Positions 1-13,100 of a DNA stretch of 64,000 nucleotides are shown here, piece after piece (position 1 is the first letter of the stretch; each line of letters begins with the position of its first letter). Source of the stretch: Glycera tridactyla (lineage: Eukaryota); contig OZ286466.1 in NCBI GenBank assembly GCA_965644265.1, forward strand, positions 24,490,001 through 24,554,000, read 5' to 3'. The position numbers and the translations under genes are program-made. The notes beneath the pieces were generated by a model. That model saw only the letters and a program-made list of their open reading frames with translations. It ran no database searches and was not told the DNA's origin.

Positions 1-283
1 TGGTGGTAGCCAAAAATAGTCGTATGACTAGTTTCTTGATCATTGTATGTACTGTTTACTTGTGAATTTGCTACTGTCGCCAATGAAATAAAGTTTTTTT
101 TGTCAGGGCTTCATGAATGGAATAGTCCTCTGATCTGAACGCCCCTCATCAGGACCTATCATAACTGTTCATATACCAGAAGAGGGGATTCACAGTAATC
201 ACCTTCTTTAACAAAGGCAAATGGACCACCTATTATATCTATGATCAGTGTGTAAAATTGTGAAATTATCAAGAACTGCATAC

Positions 284-2626
284 CTTTTGGGGTGAAGGTG
301 ATTTTCTGGAGGATTTATTCTCATCCACTTCCTCATGTTCATCTATCTGAAACAGGCTTTTGCGGGTACGAGGTGTACGTTTCGGTGATGATTGACTAAA
401 TTTAGGTGACTGTGGTGTTGAACTGGCTTCGCTTCGAAGAGCATCAACGCGGGTCTTGGTACTCCCTTCTGGAATTGCCTTTAGCTTGGCCGCTGGACTG
501 GAAACTTTTCCTTGGGATGCTGGCATGCTCCGTCTTCGTAACCCATACACTTTCGATGGTGAATCGAATGGCGTTTGTTCTGAGTCTATAACAGTTTGAC
601 TAAGGTCACTCGTTTCCGAAACATCAGATATTGTCCTTCGACGTCTTCGTGTCTGGATACCAGAAGATGACGAAGTGGTTTGCAAATCGACAGACTCATC
701 GCTTCCAATCTTTTCACTTGTGTGCATTCCGCTTCCTTCACTATTATCTGATACTTTTCCGCTTCTTGGTGTCTGTTGACCTACGCCGTCATCATTTGTT
801 CCAATATCATCTTCAGTACTTGATGCAGGCTGTCTGCTTGAGCGGCGTGTACGTTTGATTGGGGTACCTTTGGGTTTTACGCTACTGACGCGCTTTTTAT
901 GAGAAGGCGTACTATCTTGCTTAGCTTTGGGCTCTTCTTGTGAGTTCTTGCCAACTTTTAATGGACTGGCTATCAAAGCACTCCACTCAGCTTCAACCTC
1001 TTCAGCCGTCACAAATCGTGTTGATCCAGATTGAGTCTCCAAACTTAGGTATTTAGACGATTCTGAAACTAGAACTTTCGACCTGGGTGATTGTAGCTTG
1101 GGTGACTTGATTTTGGGTGATTTCACTTCACTGCTGTCAACAGCCATTCCATTTTCTTCACCAAATGATCCTTTTTCTCTCCTTGTTGTGTCTTGAGATA
1201 TTTCATCCTCTGCACTTGATGCAGGCTGTCTGCTTGATCGGCGTGTACGTTTGATCGGAGTATCTTTGGGTTTGGCAGTGCTCATTCGCTTTTTAACAGA
1301 TGGTGTACCATCTTGCTTAGCTTCAGGCTTTTCTTGTGAACTGGGCTTCTTGTTGCCTCTTAATCGACTAACTATTGAAGTACTTTCCTCAACTTCCATC
1401 TCTTCTGATGATGCTGTTGAATCTGATAGAGGATCTGAACTCGAACATTTAGAGGACCCTGAAGATTTTACTTCTGGACATTTGGATAGGCATAGAATGG
1501 GTGACTTGATTCTGGGTGCCGAAGAACGTTCAGGCGACTTAATCCTGGGTGAACCTGGAAGAATGGGAGATTTGGGGGAACCTAGTTTTCCCATGGTTGA
1601 AGAATGCTTTGGAGTTTTGGTCCTAGGTGATCTCACCGATTCATTTTCACTGATCATGAGTGCAGCTTTGGGTGATCCTAAATCACTCATTGCTGAAGAA
1701 CGCTTGGGTGACTTGATCTTGGGTGATTCTGCATGAATGGGAGATTTTCCTACAGATGAACAATGCTTTGGTGACTTGATAACAGGTGACTTAGGCTGAG
1801 GAGCACTCCCAAAAATCAGTGGCTTGGGAGATCGATGCTTGGCCTTTGGAGACCGTCCAGGTGACTTGATCTTGGGTGGCTCACTGGCCTTTTCTATGGC
1901 CACTAGACGGACCGGCTCGTCACTGGGTGACATTTCCATCACTAACGCTGGTGGCGGCTGCTTGATATCGATGATAGTTGTATCAAAATCATCACCGCTA
2001 TCCTCATCTTCATCATTGGTGGCAGTGTCAATACCTGTCTCTGAATAACTCCCATCTAGAGCACTACTTAAGAACTCCGGTGAAGCAGGCTCATTCGCTT
2101 GGGCAATTACAGATTTTTTCACAGATTGAGGACTCTTGTTATCCTTCAATGGGCTGACGACCTTTTCAGGGGTCAGAACAAAGTCATTCAGCATTGAGCA
2201 ACTGTCCTCACCACCTCTGACTAGGTCACTAAGTGCTCTATCAGTCGATTTCATGATGGACTTGCTTGGAGTCAAATTTGCATTCTCGCGACTGCTATCA
2301 GCATCATTGAGGCTTTCGTTGTCTGACAGAATTTTCGAGTCTGATGGCATCACCCAAGTTCCATTGCCAATGCCAGCTAGGTTACTCAAAGGCTGCTTCT
2401 TGGATTTCAATAGTGCTCTTCTAGGTGTTGGGTACTTCTTCCTGCGTTTCGTATCACTATCACTGACATTTTCATCATCAGATGACGCTTCTGGTTCTTC
2501 TTCATCGGCACTCGATTCATCCATCGCAGCCAGCATCCTATCTAGGTCAGCATCACCGAATTCAATACTCTCAGCATCATCATCGTTTTCCTGGCTATTC
2601 CCGCCACCTAGATCAGCATATTTCCC
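284..2626 (-). CDS. Gene 1, large exon (781 codons), S/K/P/E-rich disordered region
   Basis: Core of the 793-aa ORF. Acceptor TGTCCTCAG|GGG, donor CAAAAG|GTATGC, phase 0-0. Confidence 0.9.
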
Positions 2627-2781
2627 CTGAGGACAAGAAAGGACATTCATGAATTGATTGATTGCTTGGGACTGAGTGCATCATTTGCTCTGATGAGAGA
2701 TCAATAGGTGCTACAAATTCTGATTCAGCTCATATTTATCTCGGTTCTTTTTTCCATAAAAGACAGCCTGGAGTTTCCATG

Positions 2782-2838
<57 letters not shown>

Positions 2839-5800
2839 ATGCGTGTGCGGAGAGGGTGGGCAGCTGTCTCCATCGTCAAACCTCCCATTACAGTCAAACC
2901 TGCCTGAGACAACCTTTAAACAAAGATCACAATGGCCACCCTGAGCAATGATCATGATTTTACCCACAGTGAACAACTTTTCTATAAAAGTTACCTGTCA
3001 ACATAGATCACATATGATATGACAGATGTTATGGAAATACATTCCAGGCATCCTAAAAAAGTGAAACAGCTAGCCTGACTGCAACCATTTCTTGATTTCA
3101 ATCTTACATGCAATATTCAGATTCTGAATTTTTCTCAGAGAATTGGCATCACTGGATGGAAATTTCTTTACCTTCATATCTTTTGCAGTTCTGGTGTCTG
3201 CTGTCTTATCAATGAAGAATAGCGGTGCCTCCTCTGACTCCTGGACGTCAACAACAACTGACTTGTTATCCTTCTCTGATGAATCCACACGCATCTCTTC
3301 CTCTGTGGGATGGGAGACTGACTCTTCATCTACGTCTGTCATGTCAGCAGTCACAACCTGAAGAAATGCCAAAAGAAAAGCCAGCTAGCTGAATTGATCA
3401 TGTAATACAGAGGAGGTCGTTGTAAGCAAGAAGCAAGGAAGCGTGAAAATTCTTGTACAATACAGGTTAAACATAGTGAAAAATACTCTGTTGGGAAGTC
3501 ACAAATTCATTCTCAATATGGGTCTGGCTTTGGACAAGTTTAGCTATAAACACTGACTTCTCCAGTTTTACGTAACTCTAGGATGATACCCACGATGTGT
3601 CGGAAGCAAAAATGAATTGCAGCGGCAGAAGGGAGGGCATGAAGACAGCAAGCTCCCATTATTTGTTTATTGCACTTATCATAATTGAATTCAAAATCAA
3701 CTTTGGAAATCTACCGGCCCTGGGCAGGTGGGAGGCTATCTCTCAAAACCTAGAAATAATATGATCCATTCCCCTGATATTGACAAAAAGGGTAATTATG
3801 TAGCTCATACAAAACACATTTCCATATCCTAGATATAATGTAAGAATCCTAGAATTTGGGAAAAAATCAGAGCACTACCATTGCTACGTTGTTTTGAACT
3901 AAAGTATGGAATGAGTTGAAAGTACACTCTGAAACTTACATTGAGTAGCTCTTCAATCAAACTTGACGATGCCTCTCGAAGCAAGAAGGATGTTATATGT
4001 ATACCTCGGAAACGTTTGGTCTCCGGCATTTCATCCAAAAGACTATCATCTCGTTCCCTAAGCCAGGTCAGGTATTTCTTTGGAGCAGGTACCTGGCTGC
4101 CAGCCTGTAAGTTTAGAAAAAACAATTCCGACATGTAACTGTAACCATTTGATTTCAATCCAATGAGTGATGTACAAAATACAGTGGCTATGTTCTGTCT
4201 TCATATATCACAATCCTCACAAATATTATGACAAATTCAAGACTTTCAGGCTGTCCTTGTCAAAATATTATCACTCTATAAAAACCAAGCACTTTCCCAC
4301 AATTTCCCACATCTTTCATAACAGCAATCAATTCAAGCACTGTATCAACCATGCCAGTGTGTGATTTACTTTCTGCCGTGGCCTTATTTGTCTTCACTCC
4401 AAAGTCATATATTCATGGATCATGGATCTGGGGCATAAACACATCTACATATGTCAAGAAATACTTAAATATTTTTTTCATTTGGCCCCTACATTTGAAG
4501 AAGAAAGAGTGCTCTCTTGCCAATCAAGAAAACAAAATGGTTCCCAATTTTCCTAAGAAAGCCTCAATACTGAGAATTATGCATGAAATACCCCAATGCC
4601 CTCTCTGGATGCGTCCCTGAACTCACACTAGAAGAGCTTTCTTGCTTCCTGACTGAAGATAAGATACTTTAATCTAGTGTTGCTCGCAAAGATTGCCCAG
4701 ACAGGGCTGTGATAACTGGGAGGGAATTTACATTGCTGGTGAATACTGTCATTGCAGCAATTCATGTATAGACTCACCATCACTATTTGGTCTTCGTCGC
4801 TTAAGAACTGCATCACTTGTCGTATGGTACAGATATATTTGGTATAGTCCTCAGTGTTCTGGATCACTGGGTCCTGAAGGACCCTCCTGAAACAATGCCA
4901 AGGACGAAATTGAAAGGTATCTCACCATGGCCCATTTGCGTGAGCTAGAACAACTGTGTGAAATGCCCTCACATTCAAACATGCTAAAAATCACCTTTAT
5001 ACAAAGGCCACCCTTCCTACAGAGGCCAACCCGAGTGGTGACCCTGATAGCATCTTTTACAGAAAATGACCTCTCTACAAAGGTCACCTGTCTACAAAGA
5101 TCACTTTTTAGTCTTTGAAGGAAGATTTGAGTGTACATTCTTTGGTCATGGCTTATTCTGTCATGTGAATTTATGATAGTGCTCCTCGGTCAATTTGATT
5201 TATATTCATGGCTAAGGACGGAATGACTGATTATCTGACACATGGTGGATTTTTAAGCGGCAAACAAAGAGAATATCCAGTGACTACATACCGCAAGAAA
5301 GGATAAAGCAGCTCGATTGTTTTATGTGTGAGAGTTCCCAACTGAGCAATAACATCCACACCATACTGTGGAGCATGCTGGAAGTAAAGCGATACCTCCG
5401 ATGCCAACTTCTTTCCGACAGAAATTTTCTCCGCTTCCTCCAGTTTTCTGAAAGTGGATAAAAAGTTTCAATTCGATGAACAAAATGTAAATTTCATACA
5501 TCAATACAATGCTAGGCATTGAGAAATGGATTAGAAACATTGAATGGACCATATGATGTAAACTAGAAGTCTCTGGGTAATGGTACCAATACTGTACATT
5601 TCTACAGAATTCGATCCGGGCTATTCCATTGAAAAAGGGGTGGGAGACCCACCACTTTTACATTTTTCTGACCCTCCCCCCGCCCCCGCTTTTTAATTTC
5701 ACAACCCTCCTTTCGGAAAGCACCCCACCCACCCCCCAATTTTTAACTCCTTGATAGCCCACTTTTTGATAGTTGTACCGGGTGCGAGTCAAAAAGCACC

Positions 5801-8800
5801 TATATGCGGAACAGTGATTGGTCAATTCCTCTTAATGGAGTGACTTCCGGTCGATTTCTACCAATCAGATCTCGCATACCATCAGGATTGTCGGCATGTA
5901 CGCACACGTTAGCATCCGAAACAAGAAGGCTGGAAGATAACAAATATGCCAAATTTCATGACGTATTTTCCGAAAAGTGACATGTTTCTGCTGATAGATC
6001 GTCATTTAGGTGGGGGGGGGGGGGGGGGGGGGTAAATGGCAGTTTGAAGCCATTCCATCAAGAGAATCCGTGTTCAACGAAAAAAAAATTGCACCAGAAT
6101 TGAACGAGCATACAAGATGGTGGCCTGCGTACCGAAGACGTGTTTCTATCACATAAAATAATTTGACCTGCCATCTTGTGTTTGTTGTCTACAACGTCGG
6201 GTTTCGCCGGCAGATGGCAGGCTGAATGTGCAATCAGTTTACGTTGAGCTTGTGACAGCTCGTAACGAAGATGACGGCATCCATGATGTACACAAGCCAG
6301 GTTGAACAGGCGGCAATTTATTGACTAATAGATGACGGATTCGATGTTTTAGGTCGGGTTTCAATACGAGAATTGAGAGAGACTGCCGCCCCTTCCTTGC
6401 TTTTCCGATCATACCACCCACCGCTTTTCGATTTTCCCCTAATATCGACCACCCCACTACTACGCTTTTGAGACCCCACCCCCGCTTTACCATTTCACAT
6501 CCAAACCGGCCCACCCACACATTGAAAAATAGATTCAATTCAATTCAAACAACTTCATTTAAACTCGTAAGTGGTACAACATATATACATCCGCATTTAG
6601 CTCAAGAGAGCTTTTTACGGTGGTTACGAGTGTGGTTAGTAGGTATTCACATTCATGTTTAGCGAATCAGTACAGCATTCATAAGGCATATCTAATATGA
6701 TTAACCAATATCTTGAGTTTGTTAAGTTATATTGTACACTATGTACAACCAGCACATCTAATGAGCTGGGCTTATTCTCAAATTCCTATGGCTTACAGCA
6801 ATCAATATAGTAAGGAAGAGAGAAAGTGATAGGAAAAGGCGAGATTGAGAATTTTGCTAATCAATTCAATCATTCTCTGGCATTTCACTATTATAGCAGC
6901 GGGACAGATAGTAGTAAGAAGGAGATGGCGAATTTGCTGTTGATTATTAGTTGTATTGTATGACAGTTGATAGCACCAGTCTGTATGATGAAAGACGATA
7001 CTAGGTGAGAGATCCTAGCTCCCATGGAGACATCATCTTGTTCAAGTTTCTTCTAAAGCTATCAATAGTATTACATTCTCTCAGGTCAGATGGTAGTTGA
7101 TTCCATAGTTTTTGGGCCCTTCACTTTTCTTTAGTCTAACGACTGGAATTGTGAGGCTGCTGCTTGTGCTTGCACGAGATTAGCAAAAAAAAACGGTGCA
7201 AAGGAAATTGGTGCTCATAATAATACAGTGAAAGTGGCAATGAGACCACCATAAGTGTGTTATCTTGTTAAAGGTATTTTTCACAGTAAAATAGAAAAAG
7301 TGGTCTCTCAAAATAGCTGAATTTGTCAGGGGTCTCTTGTTGCCGATTATACTGGGACAAGTTGTATATTTGATGTAACACAGGTTTTTCACTGCTCAGC
7401 TACTGGAGTATTGTCATAATGATGAAGAATATATGATATACTGCCCACACTTGGAGTGACTGACAATTCAGACACATCCGTACGCTTCATCCGAATCTGA
7501 ATGAACCTATCATTGGCCAGAATACCAATGTCACTTGCAGCAAAAAGATTGCAACCACATCAGTTATTGATGATAGAACTCATGTCAAGTGTGGGATAAC
7601 GATTTTTGTCTAAAGTATGAAATGAATACATGGAGAAAATTCTGATTCCTGCAACGAAAAGGGGCTCCATTCATTCCATACTTTTTCCAGCAGTTGGAGT
7701 TCCAATATGTCAGTCCCCTTCCATTGTTCAAGCACATAAAATTTGAGCCCCAACTAATCAAGTAATATTTAATCTGGAAGAAACTGTAGATGGCAAAAAC
7801 CTTTCATGGTACACAAACCTGGAATCAGCAACTTCAAGATCAATGTAGACGGAGATCAAGGCTGCCATCAAATCCTCAAAGCGGGGCGGCTTGGTGAATT
7901 CCGACAATGTTTTTCGTTTCATGTGAAATAGCTGAATGAACTGGAACATTTTCTTCTTCAGGTTGTGAACACTGAAAATAAAACATAGCCTATTGTCAAA
8001 ATTCAAAGCTTACCAATGAAAGATAACGTTCATGTCAATTCCAATATCATCTCAAGCTCTCAACAATGACCAACTATGGTCATATGAAAAGGGCATGAGG
8101 ACAATGGCAACAATTTGTTGTGACTTTCCATGAGTTTATTATTTGCTCATGGCTCATAAAGAAAATCTCAAAATTAAATTGAAGACTTTTCAAGGACTGA
8201 AAAAAATCCAGTCCTGATAGTCCAACAAGCTGCCTTTAATGTTTGAGGGTGCTTGCTTTGCACTAGTTCTCTCCATTGCTGCCAATTCCAGTTCTGATAT
8301 TTTCCAGAGCCGCTGAGTTTCCGGTGACAATGGTTGGTGAAAAAATTGAAGACATTCATAGTGATTTTTCTGGAAATATGAATTTTTGAAGACTTCTTCA
8401 CAGATCTCAGCATTTTCTAAGGCAGCAATTGAATTTAAAGTCTTTTCAAAGACTTTTTAAGGTTGTGCAAACTATTTTGTGTCCGCCCGAAATTGCTTCG
8501 TCAATGTCAGGCAACCAATCATGGTTGGAACTATGGTAAGTCAGAGACAATGAATTAACGTACCGTTTTGGTTTCTTCTCTGTGAGCAAAATATCAACTG
8601 TAGCTGACAACTTACTGCAATGGAATGAAAAATATACATGAAAAACAGACAATGCAATTCGTTGTAAACATTTACATATGTCAAATACTTGATTAGTTTT
8701 TTTGTATACCAGTATGAGTCTGACTGGTTAGAGTTGGTGAAGCAGTTGGAGCCCCAAACAATGACACTGCTAATATTTTAATCCATGCGTAAAATGTCCA

Positions 8801-10056
8801 AAATGAGAATATGCAATGCATGACAGTTAAATCATGTCCAGGACCACTTACTTCAATATCTTGGCAATGGCTGGTATTCAGTTTTGAATTTCTCGGATAA
8901 TTATCAGGAGAGCGGGAGCCAATTTGAAACTCGGGGATGGAGGGTATGGTAAAAATTCAAATATGTAGATAGGGAGGCACCAAAAATAGAAACTTGAGAC
9001 TGGATTTTCAGAATAGGCAGAGGTTTTTTTTCATAATTTTGGTGGGCAGTTAGAATTTGGTGCAAAAGACATGCCTCTATTTTGAATGCAGGTGTATGAG
9101 GACCCTAGAAAACTAGAATTTTAGTTAGGCATCTCCTCACTCAATATGTCTCCCCCAGACTTTGTAATTATTCACTACCCGCATACATGCCTGGGTCCAC
9201 CTGCTTGCTTATTCATCTTCAAGTGAGCATGCGCACTGAAAAGCTAGACATCATTGGTTGACAACTATCCTTTGAGTGACCAATGATGTAGTATACCTAG
9301 TCATGAGTATGAAAATGTGTCCTGGGGTATGAGGTGTACTGGGGTACGGGGGGGGGGTCTCCTTGTGTAGGATTTGTCCTCGAGAATATGCCCAGGCATC
9401 AGAGAACTTCAGTTGAATTTGGGTCAGGGGTTTGAGTGGAATCTTGCTGACAAGGTCTTGATCAGCTTGTGTGACCTTAACCTTTGACCTTTTGGCACCA
9501 TACCAGTGTATCACCACTAGCCTGTAGATGCACACTGAGATGGCAACCCCAAAATCTTGCCATAGCCTGGGAATGTCTGTACACCAAGTTTGTCAAAGCC
9601 ACCCCTGTAATTCATGAAGTGACTGTCCAGAAACTCTTTTGACCTTTTCCCATTAAGTGACCTTGAAATTGAAGATGGCCACTAAAAAATAAGTGGGTGT
9701 GTTGCCATAGTCTATGAGAGGCTGTACACCAAGTTTGAGAAGGCTACCCCCGAAACTCATGAAGTCATTGTCCGGGAACCATTTTGCACTCAGTGACCTT
9801 GAAATTCAAGATGTGAATCCATAGTCTAGGAAAGAAGGTACACAAAGTTTGAGACAGCAAGCCCTGAGATTCATGAAGTTATTGTCCGGAAACCATCATT
9901 TCTTTCACCCACCAAACCAATAGGGGGGGGGGGGGGTGGGGGGGGGGGGGAAGGGTGTAGCCATAACTCCCAAATTGCTAACAGCAATTGGATACCAATA
10001 TCACAAGTATGGTAGCCATGGGGTATTCACACATAGCAACATGGAGCATGTACATG

Positions 10057-10135
<79 letters not shown>

Positions 10136-13100
10136 GTGAACCAACACGGGGGGAGGGGTATGGCTGTCAATTATATACCAATATGCCAAGTATAATAGCC
10201 ATTGGATNNNNNNNNNNNNNNNNNNNNNNNNNNNNNNNNNNNNNNNNNNNNNNNNNNNNNNNNNNNNNNNNNNNNNNNNNNNNNNNNNNNNNNNNNNNNN
10301 NNNNNNNNNNNNNNNNNNNNNNNNNNNNNNNNNNNNNNNNNNNNNNNNNNNNNNNNNNNNNNNNNNNNNTTAATTTTGGGCTTTTGTTTGAGGAGAGAGG
10401 GGAGATGAAATCAACCAGAAGTCATTGAAGCATAACCAAGGAGCATTGTAACAGTGTTCACGAAAAGTCGTCGGACCGCCGGACATCACGGACGACATTT
10501 TTGAATGTCCGACGAGAGGCTATGTTGTCTTCCGTCACGATGTCCGTGGAGGTGACGTTTATACGCAATAAAGACACGTTTGCATCTCAAATCGCGAGGA
10601 AAACGAAAGATCAGTAGCCCATCTTGACTGTATGAAGCCAACTCGAGGTAATTCGTCTGATTCTGCGAGAAAATCGCGAGAGATTGACTGCAGGTCAAGG
10701 CTAGTTTCATATCGGGCGCCATCTTGGTTATTTTTCATAAGAGACAAATAGCGGCCGGAAATGGCGCTTTTATACGCAATAAAGACACGTTTGCATCTCA
10801 TATCGCGAGCAAAACGAAAGATCAGTGGCCCATCTTGACTTTATAAAGCTAACTCGAGGTAATTCGTCTGATTCTGCGAGAAAATCGCGAGAGATTGACT
10901 GCAGGTCAAGGCTAGTCTAATATCGGGCGCCATTTTGGTATTTCTTGTAAGGCACAAATAGCGACCGGAAATCGAGCTTTTATACGCAAGAAAGACACGT
11001 TTGCATCTCATTTCGCGTGTAAAACGAAGGATTAGTAGCCCATCTTGACTGTATAATGCTCAAGTGATGTAATTCTCAGTATATTGAGAGGAAATCGTAA
11101 AAGATCGACTGCAGAGCAAGGCTATTTATCAACTGATCCCTTTTGGGATCTTTTTCGCCCCTAGCGGCGGCGCAGAGAACCAGCGAACTTTCTTGAGCAG
11201 ACAGCAACAGCTGGACAGGTCATAGGAAAAACGTGGGTGGGGTGAGGTGCTGTGTGGGTGGGTGTGGGTGTTGTGCTGTGTGTGGGTGGGTGTGGTGCTG
11301 GGTGGGTGGGGGTGAGGTGCTGGGTGGGTGGGTGTGGTGCTGGGTGGGTGGGGGTGAGGTGCTGGGTGGGTGTGGTGCTGGGTGGGTGGGGTGAGGTGCT
11401 GGGTGGGTGAGTGTGGTGCTGGGTGGGTGGGGGTGAGGTGCTGGGTGGGTGGGTGTGGTGCTGTGTGTGGGTGGAGGTGAGGTGCTGGGTGGGTGGGTGT
11501 GTGTGGTGCTGTGTGTGGGTGGGTGTGGTGTGTGGGTGGGTGTGGAGCTGTGTGTGGGTGGAGGTGAGCAATTATCCTAAGCAATTGTCAGACGAGAAAT
11601 GAAATTGTCAGACGAGAGCCTTGGTTCTCGTCTGACAAGATTGTCAGACGAGAAATGAAACTGTCAGACGAGAACCTTGGTTCTCGTCTGACAAAAAGTC
11701 AGACGATGGCCAAAACTTTTCGTGAACACTGTTGTATGACCGGAAGAATCTTACATAACCATTAATGGAGAGGCAACAGAAGTAGTTCATTTCAGCAAGG
11801 TCACAATAGGGACTGAGTTTAATTAAGGTTGGTACCTCTTTGGTGAAATTTTGGTGAAATTTAGGCCTCTGGTGATCTTGAAAATTATGTCACATGGACC
11901 AAAATCCAATCAGTTCATTGGACTATCCCAAGGAATATGCCCTCCAAATTTCATTCAATTCGGATGAGTAGTTTTGCTGCAATCGTGCTCACAAGGTTTT
12001 GTGACAGACAGACGGACGGACGGACAATACGAATTCTATATGGGCACAGCCATAAAGTACAACACTGACCTGTGTTCCAAGGGGTCCATTTTGAAGTTGG
12101 TCCTTCCAACAATACTTGCATATATTTGGGTTAGACCAACAATGAACCAAGATACAACAGGTGTTAGAACATTGGGTTCATGCATGGTTGTACACCAGGC
12201 ACTCATTTCTGATGAAAAGGTGCTAGTAATGCTTTCTATGTATACAGTCATAGCTTATCACAGAAAGCATGGATATTTCAAATAAATCAAAATTTCTAAA
12301 TGTTGTGGGCCCTCTTCCTGCACCACAACTTTTAGATCTCTGCAGTGTCAGTGGAGAGAACAGAAGCAGATGAAAGTTTTTGCCATAGTAACAGGACAAA
12401 AATATTATGAACAGCAGTAAAAAATATTAATTCTATCTGTGGAAAAACAGTTATACCCCAGTTTGCCTTCTGTGATGATAGGTCAACTTTATCAATTGTA
12501 GCTGGCTGGTCAGTTTTTTCCTGAAATGTCTTGATACACCTGACTGTAGTTGGTAACATGGACTTTCTTTCAATCAGCACAAACTCTTCTCATTAAAAAA
12601 ATGTTCTAATAGGGATAGCTGTCAAAGGTGTCTCATTTTATTCACCAGATGCCTGTTTTTGATCAGGGAATTTATCCATGCATTTTGGTGTGACCAGCAT
12701 ATGATCATGGTTCAACATATGGCCAGTATCTTACAATATGAGCCAGTAACATGGACATCAGAACAGCAAACATACCATAAATGATCAATCCATTTCACCA
12801 CATACTAGCTTGAATCAAGTTCCCTACATCTGTGTTGTAGTTTGAGTTTGGTGTTGGTATCCAGTGGTGCAATTGTGCTGTAATGTCCCTAGTTTGCACC
12901 TTTGTGGTGCATGAAAGTTTCATCAATAGAGTCAGTTTGTGCCTGATGCTTATAATTTTTAGAGAGAAGTCTTGGTGGCTGCTTCTCTCACTCATGGACT
13001 AGAAGTTACACCTCCAAAGAAGGAAAAGAGACATTCAGTACCTAATGGGCCATTCATTGGGCTAGGGTAATTGTAAGGGAAAGTACATGAACAATATTAA

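Noticed and set aside
406-2630. Plus-strand ORFs of 61-164 aa overlapping the big exon
   Set aside because: Antisense shadows of the low-complexity S/K/E-rich minus-strand exon; no independent splice or homology signal.
7440-7506. Candidate gene 1 exon (RFIQIRMKRTD...)
   Set aside because: Weak acceptor and no donor in the needed phase; exons 7971-7819 and 5447-5292 join directly in frame.
11129-11602. His/Pro/Thr-rich ORFs (up to 151 aa)
   Set aside because: Translations of the GGGT minisatellite inside a transposon.
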